In this document: positions 1-13,434 of the stretch, in pieces
How positions within the stretch are numbered: position 1 is the first letter of the stretch
Layout of the letters: the number at the start of each line of letters is the position of its first letter
Source of the DNA: Podarcis liolepis
Taxonomy: Eukaryota
NCBI GenBank assembly: GCA_965112155.1
Contig: OZ218099.1
Reading direction: 5' to 3' (one strand)
DNA length: 64,000 bases
The notes under the pieces: model-generated
Told to the model about the DNA's origin: nothing
Seen by the model: the letters and a program-made list of their open reading frames with translations, nothing else
Database searches by the model: none
Translations under genes and position numbers: made by a program

Positions 1-34
1 TTTTGCATTCTGCAAATATGAGTTGCTCATAATA

Positions 35-289
35 GAGAGCCAGTGTGGTGTAGTGGTTAAGAGCGGTAGTCACGTAATCTGGGTAACCGGGTTCGCGTCT
101 CCGCTCCTCCACATGCAGCTGCTGGGTGACCTTGGGCCAGTTACACTTCTTTGAAGTCTCTCAGCCCCACTCACCTCACAGAGTGTTTGTTGTGGGGGAG
201 GAAGGGAAAGGAGATTGTTAGCCGCTTTGAGACTCCTGAAGGGGAGTGAAAGGCGGGATATCAAATCCAAACTCTTCTTCTTCTTCTTC
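35..289 (+). mobile_element. tRNA-derived SINE, Squam3-like, with (CTT)n tail
   Basis: A box (tggtgtagtgg), B box (ggttcgcgtct), CORE-like gtgaccttgggcca, ~250 bp, ends in ctcttcttcttcttcttc. Family name recalled, not searched. Confidence 0.8.
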
Positions 290-723
290 CCCTGTGATTT
301 TTTTCTTCTTTTGCTATATATCATTTTATATGTACTGTTATTTTGCTGAAACAGTAATACTTTTACTGTTTAGTATTCCCCCTTAGTATTCAGTGATTTT
401 CATATATATTATCTTGGTAATCCTTACATTAACTCTGGAAAAGAGGTCATTATTGTTTCCAAATTGCAAGTGGATTGAGGGTATGAGATGATGGCTTGTC
501 TAAGGCCACCTAGTAAGGCTATATAACTAAGGTAAGATTTGAACTATAAAGTTATTGACTTTCAGCTTAGACTATTAGGCATTTGACTATACCAGATTTC
601 AGAATATAGTAGACAATGCTAACAAATTGCAAACATAATTAACAACACACTTTAGAATAGCATTTTGCTGTCTGTTTAAAATCATTGTTTTGTAAAATAA
701 TGCATTAATAATTGTTCTTTAAG

Positions 724-1025
724 TAGTAAGAAGGAGCCTGTGACTCTGAAGAACACCAAGCCACCTCCTGCTTATGAGTCTGAGGAGGAGGAGAAATGTA
801 AACCAATGTCTTATGAAGAAAAGAGACAGTTGAGTCTGGACATTAACAAACTCCCTGGCGAAAAACTAGGCCGGGTTGTCCATATCATCCAGTCAAGAGA
901 ACCCACGCTGAAAAACTCCAATCCCGATGAGATTGAAATTGACTTTGAGACATTAAAGGCATCCACATTGCGGGAGCTGGAAAGATATGTAACATCTTGT
1001 TTACGGAAAAAGAGGAAACCTCAAG
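724..1025 (+). CDS. BRD4: BRD4 exon encoding the ET (extraterminal) domain
   Basis: Encodes [88 protein letters not shown]. Acceptor tttAAG/TAG (start 724 or 727); donor CAAG|gtacc. Confidence 0.96.
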
Positions 1026-1914
1026 GTACCTTTCAAGCTCAGAGCAGTTGTGTTACATTCCAGCGCTGTGTATTAAATCTCTTTCCACTGTATAGAGAGA
1101 TGGGGGAACATATTAGTATTCAGGCACTATAAACTCATGCAAGGAAAAAGCATCCCTCATTCCGGAGTTGCAGCCATTCCAGCAAATGATGGATTAGATT
1201 AGTAATAAAGAACAGATCTATTAGATGTTATCACTGGACTTTCTTGATGGCCTATGATACAGGCCATTGAATCATAGTGTTTCTCAGTTTATAACTATAT
1301 TACAAATATTTTCTCTTTAAACAGCTATAAAAACATACCATATTTCTATTTTATGCCATTGTAGCCTATTTCAACTGTTTTGTAACACTTACGAATGTTC
1401 TATTTATTACGAGACTGTTCACCACAACCAAACACAAAAACTTTTTTTTAGTTGCAGATAATATTTCTAAGACCATAGGTTGGTATCTTATAAAGCAATG
1501 AACCAAGGCTCTATGATACTTCTCCATTGCTGGAAATTATTAAAAGTTTTTGTATTAATAATTGACTATTTTCGCATACACATTATTCAAAGGAAGGACA
1601 AACTTTCTAAAAGTGGTGCACAGCAGAAAATAAATGCATTTTGAAGTAGTTATTACTATTTGAGAAATCTGACAGTTTTTAAAAGGTTTCCTTTTTTGTA
1701 TCTAGAGTCCCATTAATTCTGCGTTGTTTTTAAAGGACTATATAACAAGGCAAACTTTTCTTTTACATGTTTTATGTTGAAGCCTTGGAAAGAAAAAGAA
1801 CAGCATGGCAGCTCATTCTCCCTGCCCTTTTGAAAGTATTGCTTCATTTAGGCCAGTTAAAAACATATCAGTATGCACAAATCCTCCACAGGGAAAAGAG
1901 TAGCAAGGCCATAG

Positions 1915-2115
<201 letters not shown>

Positions 2116-3305
2116 TAGATGCAGATTATTTATAGACTCAGTCCTATACCTGTTTCCTGTATAAATAAATATGTTTTTAGTATGGCTTCGTCTTCTTAAT
2201 TTTTTTAATTTTTATTTGGTCTTTGTAAAGCAGTATATACAGTATATTTTCTGTATACGAAGCTTACCCAGTTTGGATCCAACGTTATAAAGAGGGTATC
2301 ACATCTGATTGCTTCAAAATGCACTGAACAATGCTTTATTAATTTAGGATGGCAGAGCCACTTTATAATTCGTGCTACGGTACCATTTTATGTGTCTGAT
2401 GGTTCAGATTCACAGCTTTAAAAAAAGAATATTTTCTAAACCGGCTTCTCATCTAATAGAGAGTAAGATACACTTTTATTAGTGAACGTTCAGTCAGCTT
2501 GCCAGAGGGTAGATACAGTGTATGATCGTGTATTGGAAAGATGGCATTGAGAAGTTATTGGAAAAAATAGACTGAATGCAGGGCAATCATCGTACTGAAA
2601 AGCTTTGTTATTTCTGATTAACATTCCCTCACTATATTTTTGCTGTTAACTTTGAGAGCTCTTACAGGTTTCATTTGATACTCCTCATGTGACCCTAAAG
2701 TTGTTGTTTTTTTATTTGAAGGATGCACTTAGTTTCGTGCTAACAATCAATATTTTAAAATGAATAAGTATGGCAGAATAAAATTCTGTGCACTCTTTGC
2801 ATTAGACCTGCAGTTCTCGCATGAACTGCAAAAGCATTTTACAGTAAGTTCTTCAAAGATTGACTTACCTTAAGGTTTTATTCATCAAAGCCATAGGCTG
2901 GATCCAGACTTTGGATTCAGCAGTGGGTTCCTTCTGGTGGAGAGCAGGGAGGTGATTTTTGTCAATTACATCCTTCTCACTGTAATCCCCAAAGCCACTT
3001 GCCTGTGGAATTGTGTGAGATGTGGTGCTGGCGACTGCAGGGGAAGGTGTAATCATATTTTAGGATAGGCTTGCACATTAGTGTGCTGAGGGTGGGTGGG
3101 GAAAAATTAACATTTTCAATTAGTATAAGCAGTAATAGTTTCACTGACCTTTTCCTATGTTTAAAATGGTAAATTGTGTTCAACTGAAATTCTAGAAGAC
3201 ACTGTTCTGTGTTGCAAAAGGAGCTTCTATAGACTGCAAGAGGCCCATTCCTAGTATCTATATACATATGTGAAAAGGCCCTTGAGTTTGTTTAGAGATA
3301 AAGAT

Positions 3306-3339
3306 TGATGATGATGATGATGACGATGACGATGATGAT
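3306..3339. repeat. (GAT)n microsatellite with GAC interruptions
   Basis: tgatgatgatgatgatgacgatgacgatgatgat. Confidence 0.9.
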
Positions 3340-6300
3340 TCCTAGGGTGTTTTTCCCCAATGTTGGCAGGAATGATAGGAATTTGGCTATGCAGATAATA
3401 GGACAGTCAGATGCAAAAGAGGACAAAGGCCCTTTCCTGCATTTTTAACAACTGCGTAGAAGGAATTTTAGTTGGTGTACCTTATCATGCAATCTACACC
3501 TGCAGAACTTCTCTCTTCTGCAAAACTATTAAAGGTGCATGAGCTGTATTCTCTCTTGCATCTGGTTGCCCTAGCAGGTACTTTTCAGAAGATGCTTTTA
3601 AATGAAAAATTATTTTCAGATTTATTTGATCTTCCATGTTTTGTTTTTTACTCTGTTCCTTGGACTGTCTTGAATTTCAATAGCAAGCTTATTTAAATGG
3701 CAATTAGACTAGGTTTTCTGTGAAACAAAAATGCTCTACCAGTTTATATGTGAGTAAGGTATTTTACAGTATAAGTTTGATTAAATACTTTATTTGTGTT
3801 GTTCTTAAAACATAAATTTATATGATTTAAATGCTTTTTTTCATATTGATCAGAAATTGGTACTAGGAGATGTTCTCCAGCTCTTGATCAGCCCTAAAAC
3901 AAAGGTCCCTGACTGGTAGAAGAAAAAGGTCTCATTTTAACTTGTACAGTTTGTTTTCTCAAAGCAAGTTTGATCTCATTAGAGTGAATTTAACTTAAGA
4001 ATTCTCAAGTGTTCATAGTAGACATAAGAGTAAATTGAGGCTTTCCCCCAGAACATTCATTTTTATGCTTTAAAAAACAAAAACAAGAGAGGCAGAAAGC
4101 TTGGTCTGCATTTTACTATCAGGTCACAAACCTTGCTAGCAATGCTTGTATACAAGAATGTATTTAGTTATCCAATCTGAATGATATTTATGCCTACCCA
4201 GGTGCCTAATAAGCATAATATATTTGAATGACTCAGAAAAGAGTGACATATTCCTGCTTTTCTCTCACCAGTTTTTAGATAATGCTTATAAAAACAAGTG
4301 GCATAAACACTTTTAATTTAAAAAGCAGTTTGGGAATCTGGTGAAAGCATTTCAAAAAGCATCTACCTGTGGTGTATACTTGGTATTTTCCCTCTGGGAG
4401 TCCCTTTAAAAAATTATTGCAAAATTCCTGTTGCTTTTTAAACTTGGGGGATGTTAAAAAGTTTGGTGTTCTTTTGGACAAGTGCCAAGAAGAGGTGGGT
4501 ATGTGCAGGTGCTACAGATACCATGACCAAAGCAGGCAGTAAAAAGAGGAACTTTTCCACAGTGGAACACAAATTATGGAAATTCCATCCTAGATACATC
4601 TTCCCCGTTTTTATTTATTTGCAACAGTTTGACTCACTGTGTTGGTTGTTTTAATTTGCTATGGGTTTTTTTTATATAAGCAACCTTCAAGATGACTTTT
4701 GTGTGGGGGACAGGGTTATCCTGGGATGTCTCCAGTGTATTACATAGTATTTTAATTCTGCTTGTTTTTATACCTGTTTTAGTTAAAAACATTAACCATG
4801 CCTGAGGTAATAGAGTTCTATGTATGGGGAAACTCTGTTGTACTTTTCAAAGTTTGTAAAACTAACAATTGAGACCGTATACCAATTTCACATTAAAATA
4901 TTGTAGCGCAGGGTTATTTCAGATGTAACATCTGATTTTGAGGTTGAAGTCCACTTCAGGGGATTTAAGTTTAGTTTCGTAATGCATTGATTGCCCACAC
5001 ATGTTCTTTGTGCATGTTTGGTTATACGCAATGTGTCATATACTGAGTATAAATAGGAAGTGTGGATTGTGTCCAATTAAATCATTGCACATACAGTATG
5101 ACTTCTGTGACTACAAGTGAACCCGCCCTTCTCCCCCAGCACTCCCAGTCAGCTCCAGGAGTTCCCCTGGGCCTTCAGAGCAGATTGGGAGGAGGGGAGG
5201 AGAGTTCCATTATTTTCATGGAAGTCATTCTGCATGTGCAGTGATTTAGTTGCATATAACCCATTGATTTCTTCCACAATCATCCAAATCAATAGAGCAC
5301 TTTATACTTGGGGAGGGAAAGGGATTTAAAGTGTTGGGGAATCCCTGTTGCACAGAAAAATCATATAAGCCATAGGAAACAATTTTATCTAGTGGCATCA
5401 ATTAGCCATCATTCATATAGGTGAATCCAACTAAATTTATTTGGGATTTTTGCTGCATTAGAAAGGTTCAAAGAGTCTAATAATAAGATAGACCTTTCTT
5501 ACCAATATTTGAATTGTTTTAAACTTTTACTTAAAAGGCTTGTTAATTCTGTCCAACAGTGTTGCTCTGATGACGGTGTCTGTCAACAGAATAGGAAGGG
5601 GAGCAATGTTCATCAATTCTCCTTCCTTCTCTGCTGATCCCTCCACACCTGTAAATCTCTTCTGTCCAAAGGATTTCCCAACCCTCTGGGGCAGGTTTTG
5701 GGAAGGCAGTTGCAGGATGGATCCAGAGTGTCCCATCCGCAGAAAGAACTGAGTGGGGAGGAGGCCTGCCTCACCTCCTGTGCTGTTCTGGTAACGCTGT
5801 GGAGCAGCTTACAGGGGGCTGGCTTCAGGAGGGAGGAGAAATTTGCAAAACTTGCCTCACGCCCAGAGGGAGTGTCCCATGAATAGAACTCCACTCATAG
5901 GAACTCTTAGGTCCCATAAAATATGTATGGTTTTAAATCAGATATAAAACAAGGCATTACCTTGGGTTTGATTGTTGTAAACGGCTTGTAGAGGTATCTT
6001 AATCTCTTAATCTGTGCTGCTGGTGACAGTTAGATGCCCATCTGCTGACCTTGCTGTCTACACCCATGGAAAACTTAGCAAGTGGAAATCTAGCATGGTG
6101 GTGGCCTCACTGGCGGTAGAAAGCACAGGGCCTTGAAATGGGGGGGGGAGCAGAGTTGGCTATGGATCTGCTTAGATTCAAAGCTGCTTCATTTCTCTGA
6201 GAGGGACCTCATCTAGGCCCCTTACCTAAATCAGTCTGGAGCTGGCATTACTAACCCCTCATTATCAAAACAGGGCTATTGAAATAATTAAAGCACTTTC

Positions 6301-6594
6301 AATTTTAGCTGGACTTTGATATGTTGATGCTTTTTTATTTTTTGTGAATTCTTCTTTCTTCTTTTGTCTTGACTTGCAAACAATAGACTCTTGTTACATG
6401 AGCCTAGTTCTCAAGACCCAGCAGGTGAGGATCTAAGAGCAGGTTCAGACTTCAGGTGAAGAGTAGATTCAGTTGTGAATTCACCCCATGTGTCGTAAGT
6501 GGTCTCAGTCCACAAGAGAAGCAAACTTAACTATGAGGTACTCCATCATAGTTTAGACTAGTGCTTATCTGAACCTGAGGAGGAAGAAGAAACA

Positions 6595-6680
6595 GGATTG
6601 TATCCAAGTAAACTCTACTGAGAGTAGAGCTACTGAAATGATTAGATCTAAGTTAGTATGAACTTAGTTGGCTACAGCCC
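6595..6680. mobile_element. Old short palindromic MITE (related copies at ~21100-21190, 48511-48618, 49194-49312)
   Basis: Imperfect terminal inverted repeats ggattgtatccaa...ttggctacagccc and a shared agtagac..ctgaa..ctaagtta core. Confidence 0.5.
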
Positions 6681-7345
6681 AGAGTTTGCCCTGTCCTTGT
6701 AATTAGAGTATGTTCTTACTTGAATGAGCCTTCAGTGTTCTTCAGTAGCATTTGATATCTTGGAATAAATTAGAGCACCTTCACCAAATGAATTTACAGT
6801 AATACTTTCAGTATGACCCCATCTGACAGCTTTCTCCAAATTGCTTTTTAATTCTGGAACCTGTGTTACAGGAAATGAGAAACATTTCCAGTTAAATATG
6901 TTGAACTGTGAAATTTTCAACAACAGATAAACTTCCAAATGTCATGCATTGTGGCTGGCTAAATCTTAGCATATGGTAGACAAGTATCTTTTTGCAGTTT
7001 GCTTCTTTCTCATCAAGCTGCCTTTGATTTGGATTGAGTACAATATTACTCCCTTTTACTGGTTGTCATGTAGCTTGTGGTCTGTTGCAGACTTTGTTCT
7101 GTGTCTGAACTCATGTGACTCCAGTTTCTTACATACATTTATGACCTCTCAGCATGTTACTTAAGAGTTATCTAGGCTGATGGAGACCTTTGCAAAAAAA
7201 ATTTAGATCCCTGTTTTGGTTTATACCCACAGAGTTGTTTGTTACATGAGAAGCCTCTTCTATGAGTAAACATTCTTATATGCTATGACCATGATCTAGA
7301 GGTATGTGCGCACCAGAGTTTTCTTGTCTGTTTCCCTTCCAACAG

Positions 7346-7425
7346 CTCCTTCTACTGAACCTCCTCCAAACTACTTTTTTAAAACCTCTTCCAATTTTAA
7401 AAAGCAGTTTAGTGGTTTGGCATGA
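7346..7425 (+). CDS. BRD4: Candidate alternative terminal exon of a short BRD4 isoform
   Basis: Strong acceptor (ttcttgtctgtttcccttccaacag) in the intron after the SEED exon. A phase-1 join gives ..SET-APSTEPPPNYFFKTSSNFKKQFSGLA*, followed by ~1.2 kb of AT-rich UTR-like sequence and clustered AATAAA at ~8605-8621. No transcript evidence. Confidence 0.4.
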
Positions 7426-10400
7426 AAGCTGCTGAAGGATTGGCTTCACTGGATGACAGCCAATATAAATCAGGTCTTCTGGTTTCATTCTGAATTGTCC
7501 CACTTTGATCATACCTCTCCTAGTAGTAGGAAGGTGGAAGCTCTCTTTTCATGCTGCAGGTTGGAGTAGGCTAGTAACCCTCATTTAGGAGGAGTGATAT
7601 TTCAGGTAGGAAGTCCTCCTTTAAAAAGAAAAAGTGTTTAATGTTAGTTTGCTGCTGCAAAGCTTCACAGGTCTTTGTTGCATCTACAGAGCTTCTATGT
7701 GAAAAAGGTTTCGCTATTCTGATCCATATCAGGTACAGCTCTGCACTAGTTCTGTGGAAGCCCATCTACATGGGAGCTCTGTTTGATAAGCAGCTGCTGG
7801 ATTATCTTCAAGATTATAACATAACCATTAAGTGTATTTAATTTCAAAAAGGGTACTTTATACTTACTGTCCTCTACAATTTCCCCCTACAATCCAGAAT
7901 TTTTTAATTCTTAGAAACTAAGCACCAGCATTATAAATAGTTGCCTCAAAAGTATATTTTCAGTATGGTTGCATATATGCATACCTGAAGGCAGAACAAA
8001 CAATATCTAAAATTTTAATCTTTTTTGTACTAATGACTTGTAATAGAATTATTCAGTGTACATACTGTCAATGGCAAGAAACACTATGTATAAAGCTTTT
8101 AGGATTAGGGAGGCTACATATTGAAATGATTGCCTTTGTGCATTCAACACTACAGCACAGTGCTTTCTAACATTTCAGTAAAGGTTCTTCATTTATAAAA
8201 ACTATTCAGGGCTTTTGAAATATATTGTCTTTATTAGTATTGTTAAATTGTTTTTTCGATTTTGCATTTGTTTCTGTCATTTGTTTTTTAATTTTTCTGA
8301 AGGGATAGATACGATAAAGGCTTGATTTTTTTTATTGGAATGTATAAATGCATGTTTTTAGCAAAGCTGTAATTCTGCTTTCCCTTATGCACAAGTGTGA
8401 ACTGTTCAAAGTGCATTTGATAATGAATTGACTGTCTGCTGTCATTTTTATTCAGCTGTTCAGTTATTTTACCTTTACAAATAATAATTTATCAGTAATT
8501 TATATAATGTTTTTCTATTTTATCTGCATGCTTATGATTTAACAATGATGTAATCACAATAATTTTAAAATAAGTTGTATAGTATCTCTATTTTTGTTCT
8601 AAAATAATAAAAATAAATAAAGAATTTGGTTTGCTACAGAAAATGTACCTGTTGTAAGATAACTAAAATTGTAGTTTTTAACCTGTCATTTCAAAGTGGG
8701 GAAAATTACTTTTCACATTCTATACTAGCACCAGTCACTGTTGCTACTTCTCCTAAGGAAATCAAATAAACATATAAGATGACATATAAACTAGTTGGAC
8801 CTTGATGCTTTTGAGAAAGCACTCACTAGCTTACCTGGAAAATAAAACAACTTTTCTTTTCTTTTTTTTAACACACCAGGCTTATTTTACTGAAAATCCC
8901 TTGTAGGATCTGATGACCAAAATAGGACCTTCTCAATGAACTCTGATTTTCATTCTGCGGGACTGAAAAGTGCAAATGCCAAAGCCTCTCCAAACTACTC
9001 TGTGCATGTGTGAAAGACACTTCTGCACACACAAGGCAGGAAGTTTGACCATTTTTCTACCCTGCCCTACAAACTTTGGGGCCCCCTGAAAGCTATTCCA
9101 GAGGGTCCACCAGCCTTTGGGTGGAGCCCTTCAGCTTGTATGGGAGCTGCCACTGGAACAGGGGAGAAGATAAGCCCCCTTAGCACAAGCAGAAGCAACC
9201 TTGTGATACTTGGAATGCTGGCCAAGGTCTATAGAGGAAGTTAATCAGGTTTTGTATACATGTGGGAAGTGGGGCTTTTGAATTACTTTATGGTCATTCT
9301 AACAGTTTTAAATAAGCTGAAAACTGCATTAAAATCCAGAAAGTGCAGTTCATAAAGTCTGTGTTGTGTTTGGATGTTTTTGTATTATTTAAAATTAAGC
9401 ATTATCTTACCTAGACAAGTGTGCTGTTATCAAAACATTTTAATAACTATTCCAGTTGAAACAAACAAAGAAAACCTTCACTTCTGCCTCTGCTTGTTCC
9501 TTATTTTGAATAGTGAAATGCTGATGGTGCTACTTGATGATCCAGCTTCTTTTCACCTATGTGACAGTGAACATCATAGTATCTTGTGCACAAATTCATT
9601 AGTTTGTCACACATTTGTGTAATTCTACTGAAGGGTGTACTGAATATTTAAATCACAGCATGAAACAGTGACACATAAAGTACCTATTAGGACCCCCCCC
9701 CCCAGAAGAAAGCTGCATTTCAGGAATAGACAGCTGTCAAGTCACCAAGTGATCAGGCTCAAATGATGCCAGAAATAATTTAAATAGCCATGTCAGTTTT
9801 TTCAGGTTGCTTAAGTTGAATGCTTGCCCTTAACAATTCCCTTCTCTCTCTCCCCCCCCCCCCCACTTCGTATTGTTTACACACACAGCTAAATTATATG
9901 GGAGTTGCAGAGTATGGGACCAAGAAAATAAAGCACAAAGAATATGCAGCTCATAACCTTGTATATTTAGACGTTAACTCTGCTTCATCAAACTAAGTTA
10001 CGTTTTCCATAGAAAAATAATCTCCCACTTTACAGGAATTAAATTATCTGACCTGACAATTCATTTAAATAATGCCCTCATCCAAAAATGTATCAAAACC
10101 ACTCTGAGGCCCTATTCATAATACATTATCTCAGGAGTATGTATGCGGCCAAATATAATGTCATTTGAGTTTTCATGCAGTTGCCAAGTTAAAGCGTAAA
10201 TAAATAAATACCTATGTCAGTACAGCGGCAGATATTTATCATGTAATCTCATATAGGAAAGTGTTATCACAAGCCCATGAAGCTTTGGCCACAGTAAACT
10301 GACTTAACAGCAACCATATTGCCGAAATAACATTTGAAATTAGTTTTAGAAGCATCTTACAATAGTGCAGTTAGTTGGAGTATAATATAGACAGATGAGT

Positions 10401-11849
10401 GCAGTCAGCTCAATATACAAAAATATGCTGTGAAAATTTCATTATGACAGGCTTGTCATTGACTAAAAAGCTATTTTAAAAATCCAAGGTGGATTTCTGA
10501 GAAACTGAGCACTGAACAATATTTGCAAGCCAGGTTCAATGGATGCCCCAACAAGGATTCTAGGTGGATTTGACAATGTGTTATACCTGTGATGTTATGG
10601 TAACTCCTAGGGCGATAAAAGAAGGCTGCTTCCTTACAGAAGCACCATATTGTCTATTCAGCTACATTTACAGAAGCTCAATTCTGAAGGCCCAGGTCTT
10701 TTAAATTAAGGGCTGGAAAATCCTTGCTCCTGGTATGGGCTGTGTTTGCATGCTTCACACATGCATCCAGGCTTTCTCCTTTGGAGCCCTTGGAAGCAGC
10801 TACCTGTGTGGTTTGCATATTCAGGAAAGGTTTTTAAATTACTTCCTTAACTCATTCATTGATTAGCTCGTTCTTATAAGGAAGCTGATATTGCCACATA
10901 CAACTATTAGAGAGATGTAAGCACAAGTACAAACACAAGACATCAGCATCAAAACCATAGCTATTTTGCCCCTTTTAGTCAGCTAACAATTCCTCATTTA
11001 TTAAAATGGAATCCCAATATTTATAGTTCTTGTTAGAAATAGAATATTGTCTAATAATAGCACAAGAGGCCAGTGTTTTGCAACAGATCACACATTTTCA
11101 TATATGCATGTGTGCATCATTTACCCTTTATTCTATCTGCTCCATAGCAATGTGTAGCATGTGCTTTTTAGAACATGCTAAGCACTGAGATGTTACTGAT
11201 AAACTGAAAACTTGACATAGCACTGTCCAGTTTCTTAAACAGCTTTACTCTCAAGGTGTCACTTTTAAAAAAGAATTACAGTAGCTAACGTGATCTGTAG
11301 CTGGTGCCAAGCTGTCTTCTAGGGGTGGTTCTACCTATTTTTCATACTATTCACATTCTAACCTACATCAAAGAGCCACCAACTGCTTAAGTTAATTGCC
11401 TCACAGGTAATTTGGCCAATAAACTGCTATCCCCATTTCACAGGAATGCTCTAAATCATTAAACTGCAACATGGAATTTCCCTCAAATTATGATTGCATG
11501 GAAAGTAGAAATCAGTAGCTGGCACAGTAAAGGTCTTTCTCTAATAAAACATCTGATACTTAGAAACCTTTTGGATCCTTGTAACCAAGTAGGGAAAGCT
11601 GAACAAGTTCCACTAACTGCTATTTCCCCAATAAAGGGCCTGGTGGTAAACTTGTAGATTTTTTTCCAAGAAGGATAATATCGGTGCAACTGATAGTAGT
11701 GGTAGAATATTGATAAGAACGTGATACTTGTTGCTATTTGTGGGGAAGGCTATGTGGTTCTGTTTTAAGAGCAGTAAAGGGGTCCTTCATATGCTGTCTT
11801 TATTAGGCTGTGGCTGGTGACAAGTTTTGAAAGGCACCTTAATTTTCCA

Positions 11850-12050
11850 GAGTTGTAGCCAACAAAGTCCCATTAGCACAAGGATTTCCATCTGCCCAGT
11901 GAGACTTGCAGTCCCCACAACACCCCCCAAATTTGCTCTATAGAGTTGGGGGAAACTTCCAGAACAGGTTGTGGGTGTGAAGAGAGGGAGAGAAAGTCTT
12001 GTTGCTCAGGCAGAGGTCCTTGTGCTATAGGACAACTTACTCTTTGCCAG
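11850..12050. mobile_element. Old palindromic MITE-like element (related copies at ~5560-5760 and ~8990-9200)
   Basis: Degenerate inverted symmetry (agcacaagga..tccttgtgct; ccccccaaatttgctc..gaacaggttgtggg) and shared core with the other two copies. Confidence 0.4.
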
Positions 12051-12509
12051 ATGGTGCGCTGTTTCTAACTCTGACCTGTTCTTTAAGTTGGTAGATCTGA
12101 GCCAACTTCCTTTCAACAGAGACTGTTTGGGCTTTTTATAGAGACTAGGAAAACACTTTCCTTCACTGAAGTACCTTCTACAGTTGTCTTTGTCCAGTTG
12201 TACACATGTTTGTCACAAGAAAGTCTCTCACACGCTCACCTGCACCCCATTGCCAGCATGCGAGGGATGAATCCTACCCAGATGGTTACCTTAGCTTTCT
12301 ATTTTTTCTGAGATAGCCTTAAGTACCAAAAAGCCATCAAACTGAGAAAGGCAGAGCATGGTCTTCGTGTGAGGACATTTTTGTAGCAATTTTACTATGT
12401 AATGCAAAGCTTAACCAAATGTAGTAGTAAAAATTCTAGAGCAAAGTGTTGCTCTGAGGCTACCTAGGAAACAAGCCTACATGGGATGGTAATGGCAGTT
12501 AATTCAATA

Positions 12510-12744
12510 CAGTGGTACCTCGGGTTACATACACTTCAATTTGCATATGCTTCAGGTTACAGACTCCGCTAACCCAGAAATAGTACCTCGGCTTAAGAAC
12601 TTTGCTTCAGGATAAGAACAGAAATTGTGCTTCCGGCAGCAGCGGGAGGCCCCATTAGCTAAAGTGGTGCTTCAGGTTAAGAACAGTTTCAGGTTAAGAA
12701 CAGACCTCCGGAATGAATTAAGTACTTAACCTGAGGTACCACTG
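12510..12744 (+). mobile_element. Tc1/mariner-superfamily (Tigger/pogo-like) MITE, family 1
   Basis: TIR CAGTGGTACCTCGGGTTA..TAACCTGAGGTACCACTG, TA duplication on both sides, internal ttcaggtta repeats; 5 copies in the window. Confidence 0.9.
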
Positions 12745-13381
12745 TACAATAGTGAAGTGGCACAGGTGTGGCTGCGTTGCTCTCTTGGCTTCCCAATGCC
12801 AGTTGCTGAGAGGGGCAGGACAGCAGTGAGCCTACAGCATACCAAGCTCCCCATTCCCTTGCCCCTCCTCTCTTGGTAATTGGCAGTGATGTGCAGCATT
12901 GGGAAGCCAGGAGAGCAATGCAGCCCCACCCACACCCCTGGCCACAGCTGATTCAGCTGCTGCTATTATTTAGTATTGAAAGTACAGAGGAAAGCTGTAG
13001 TAAAATTTATGCAGGCAGCTTGAGTTGTTGGAGGAAGATGCTCACAAAAGTGAATTGCTAAGCCCAGGGGTTGCTTTCTTTCTCTTGAGTCTTTGACTCA
13101 ACAGCTTGCATTGGTTGTAATGGCATCTTTGTAAAATAGAAGTGGTTAATTCATTGGGATTGTTCTAGGCATGTAAAGGGATAGAGAACATCTTTCTCTA
13201 TGCATATACGTATTGGGGGGGGGGGGAGGAAAAATCGGGCAGTTTTCTATGGATTCCAGAAATGACTTTTGTGCCTTTTGATTTGAATTTCATAGTCATA
13301 AAATAACTTATATTAAAGAGCATTACATATAAACAATGTTATGAAAAAGCACTGTAATTCTCTGTTGTTCTTTTCCCCCAG

Positions 13382-13434
13382 AAATGCCTCCAAAACTTAA
13401 GAAAAAAGGACATTCTGGACGAGAACAGAAGAAG
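13382..13434 (+). CDS. BRD4: BRD4 first long-isoform-specific exon
   Basis: EMPPKLKKKGHSGREQKK (human EMAPKSKKKGHPGREQKK); strong polypyrimidine acceptor ttcttttcccccag; donor AAG|gtacat. Confidence 0.94.

Noticed and set aside
35-110. tRNA-like sequence (also 35300-35380 minus and 51416-51495)
   Set aside because: These continue into SINE bodies and tails; they are SINE heads, not tRNA genes.
3854-3912. Other possible BRD4-S terminal exons (acceptor at 3853 giving EIGTRR..; aaag|GT CCC TGA giving GP*)
   Set aside because: Weaker or absent pyrimidine tracts than the 7346 candidate; cannot be supported without transcripts.
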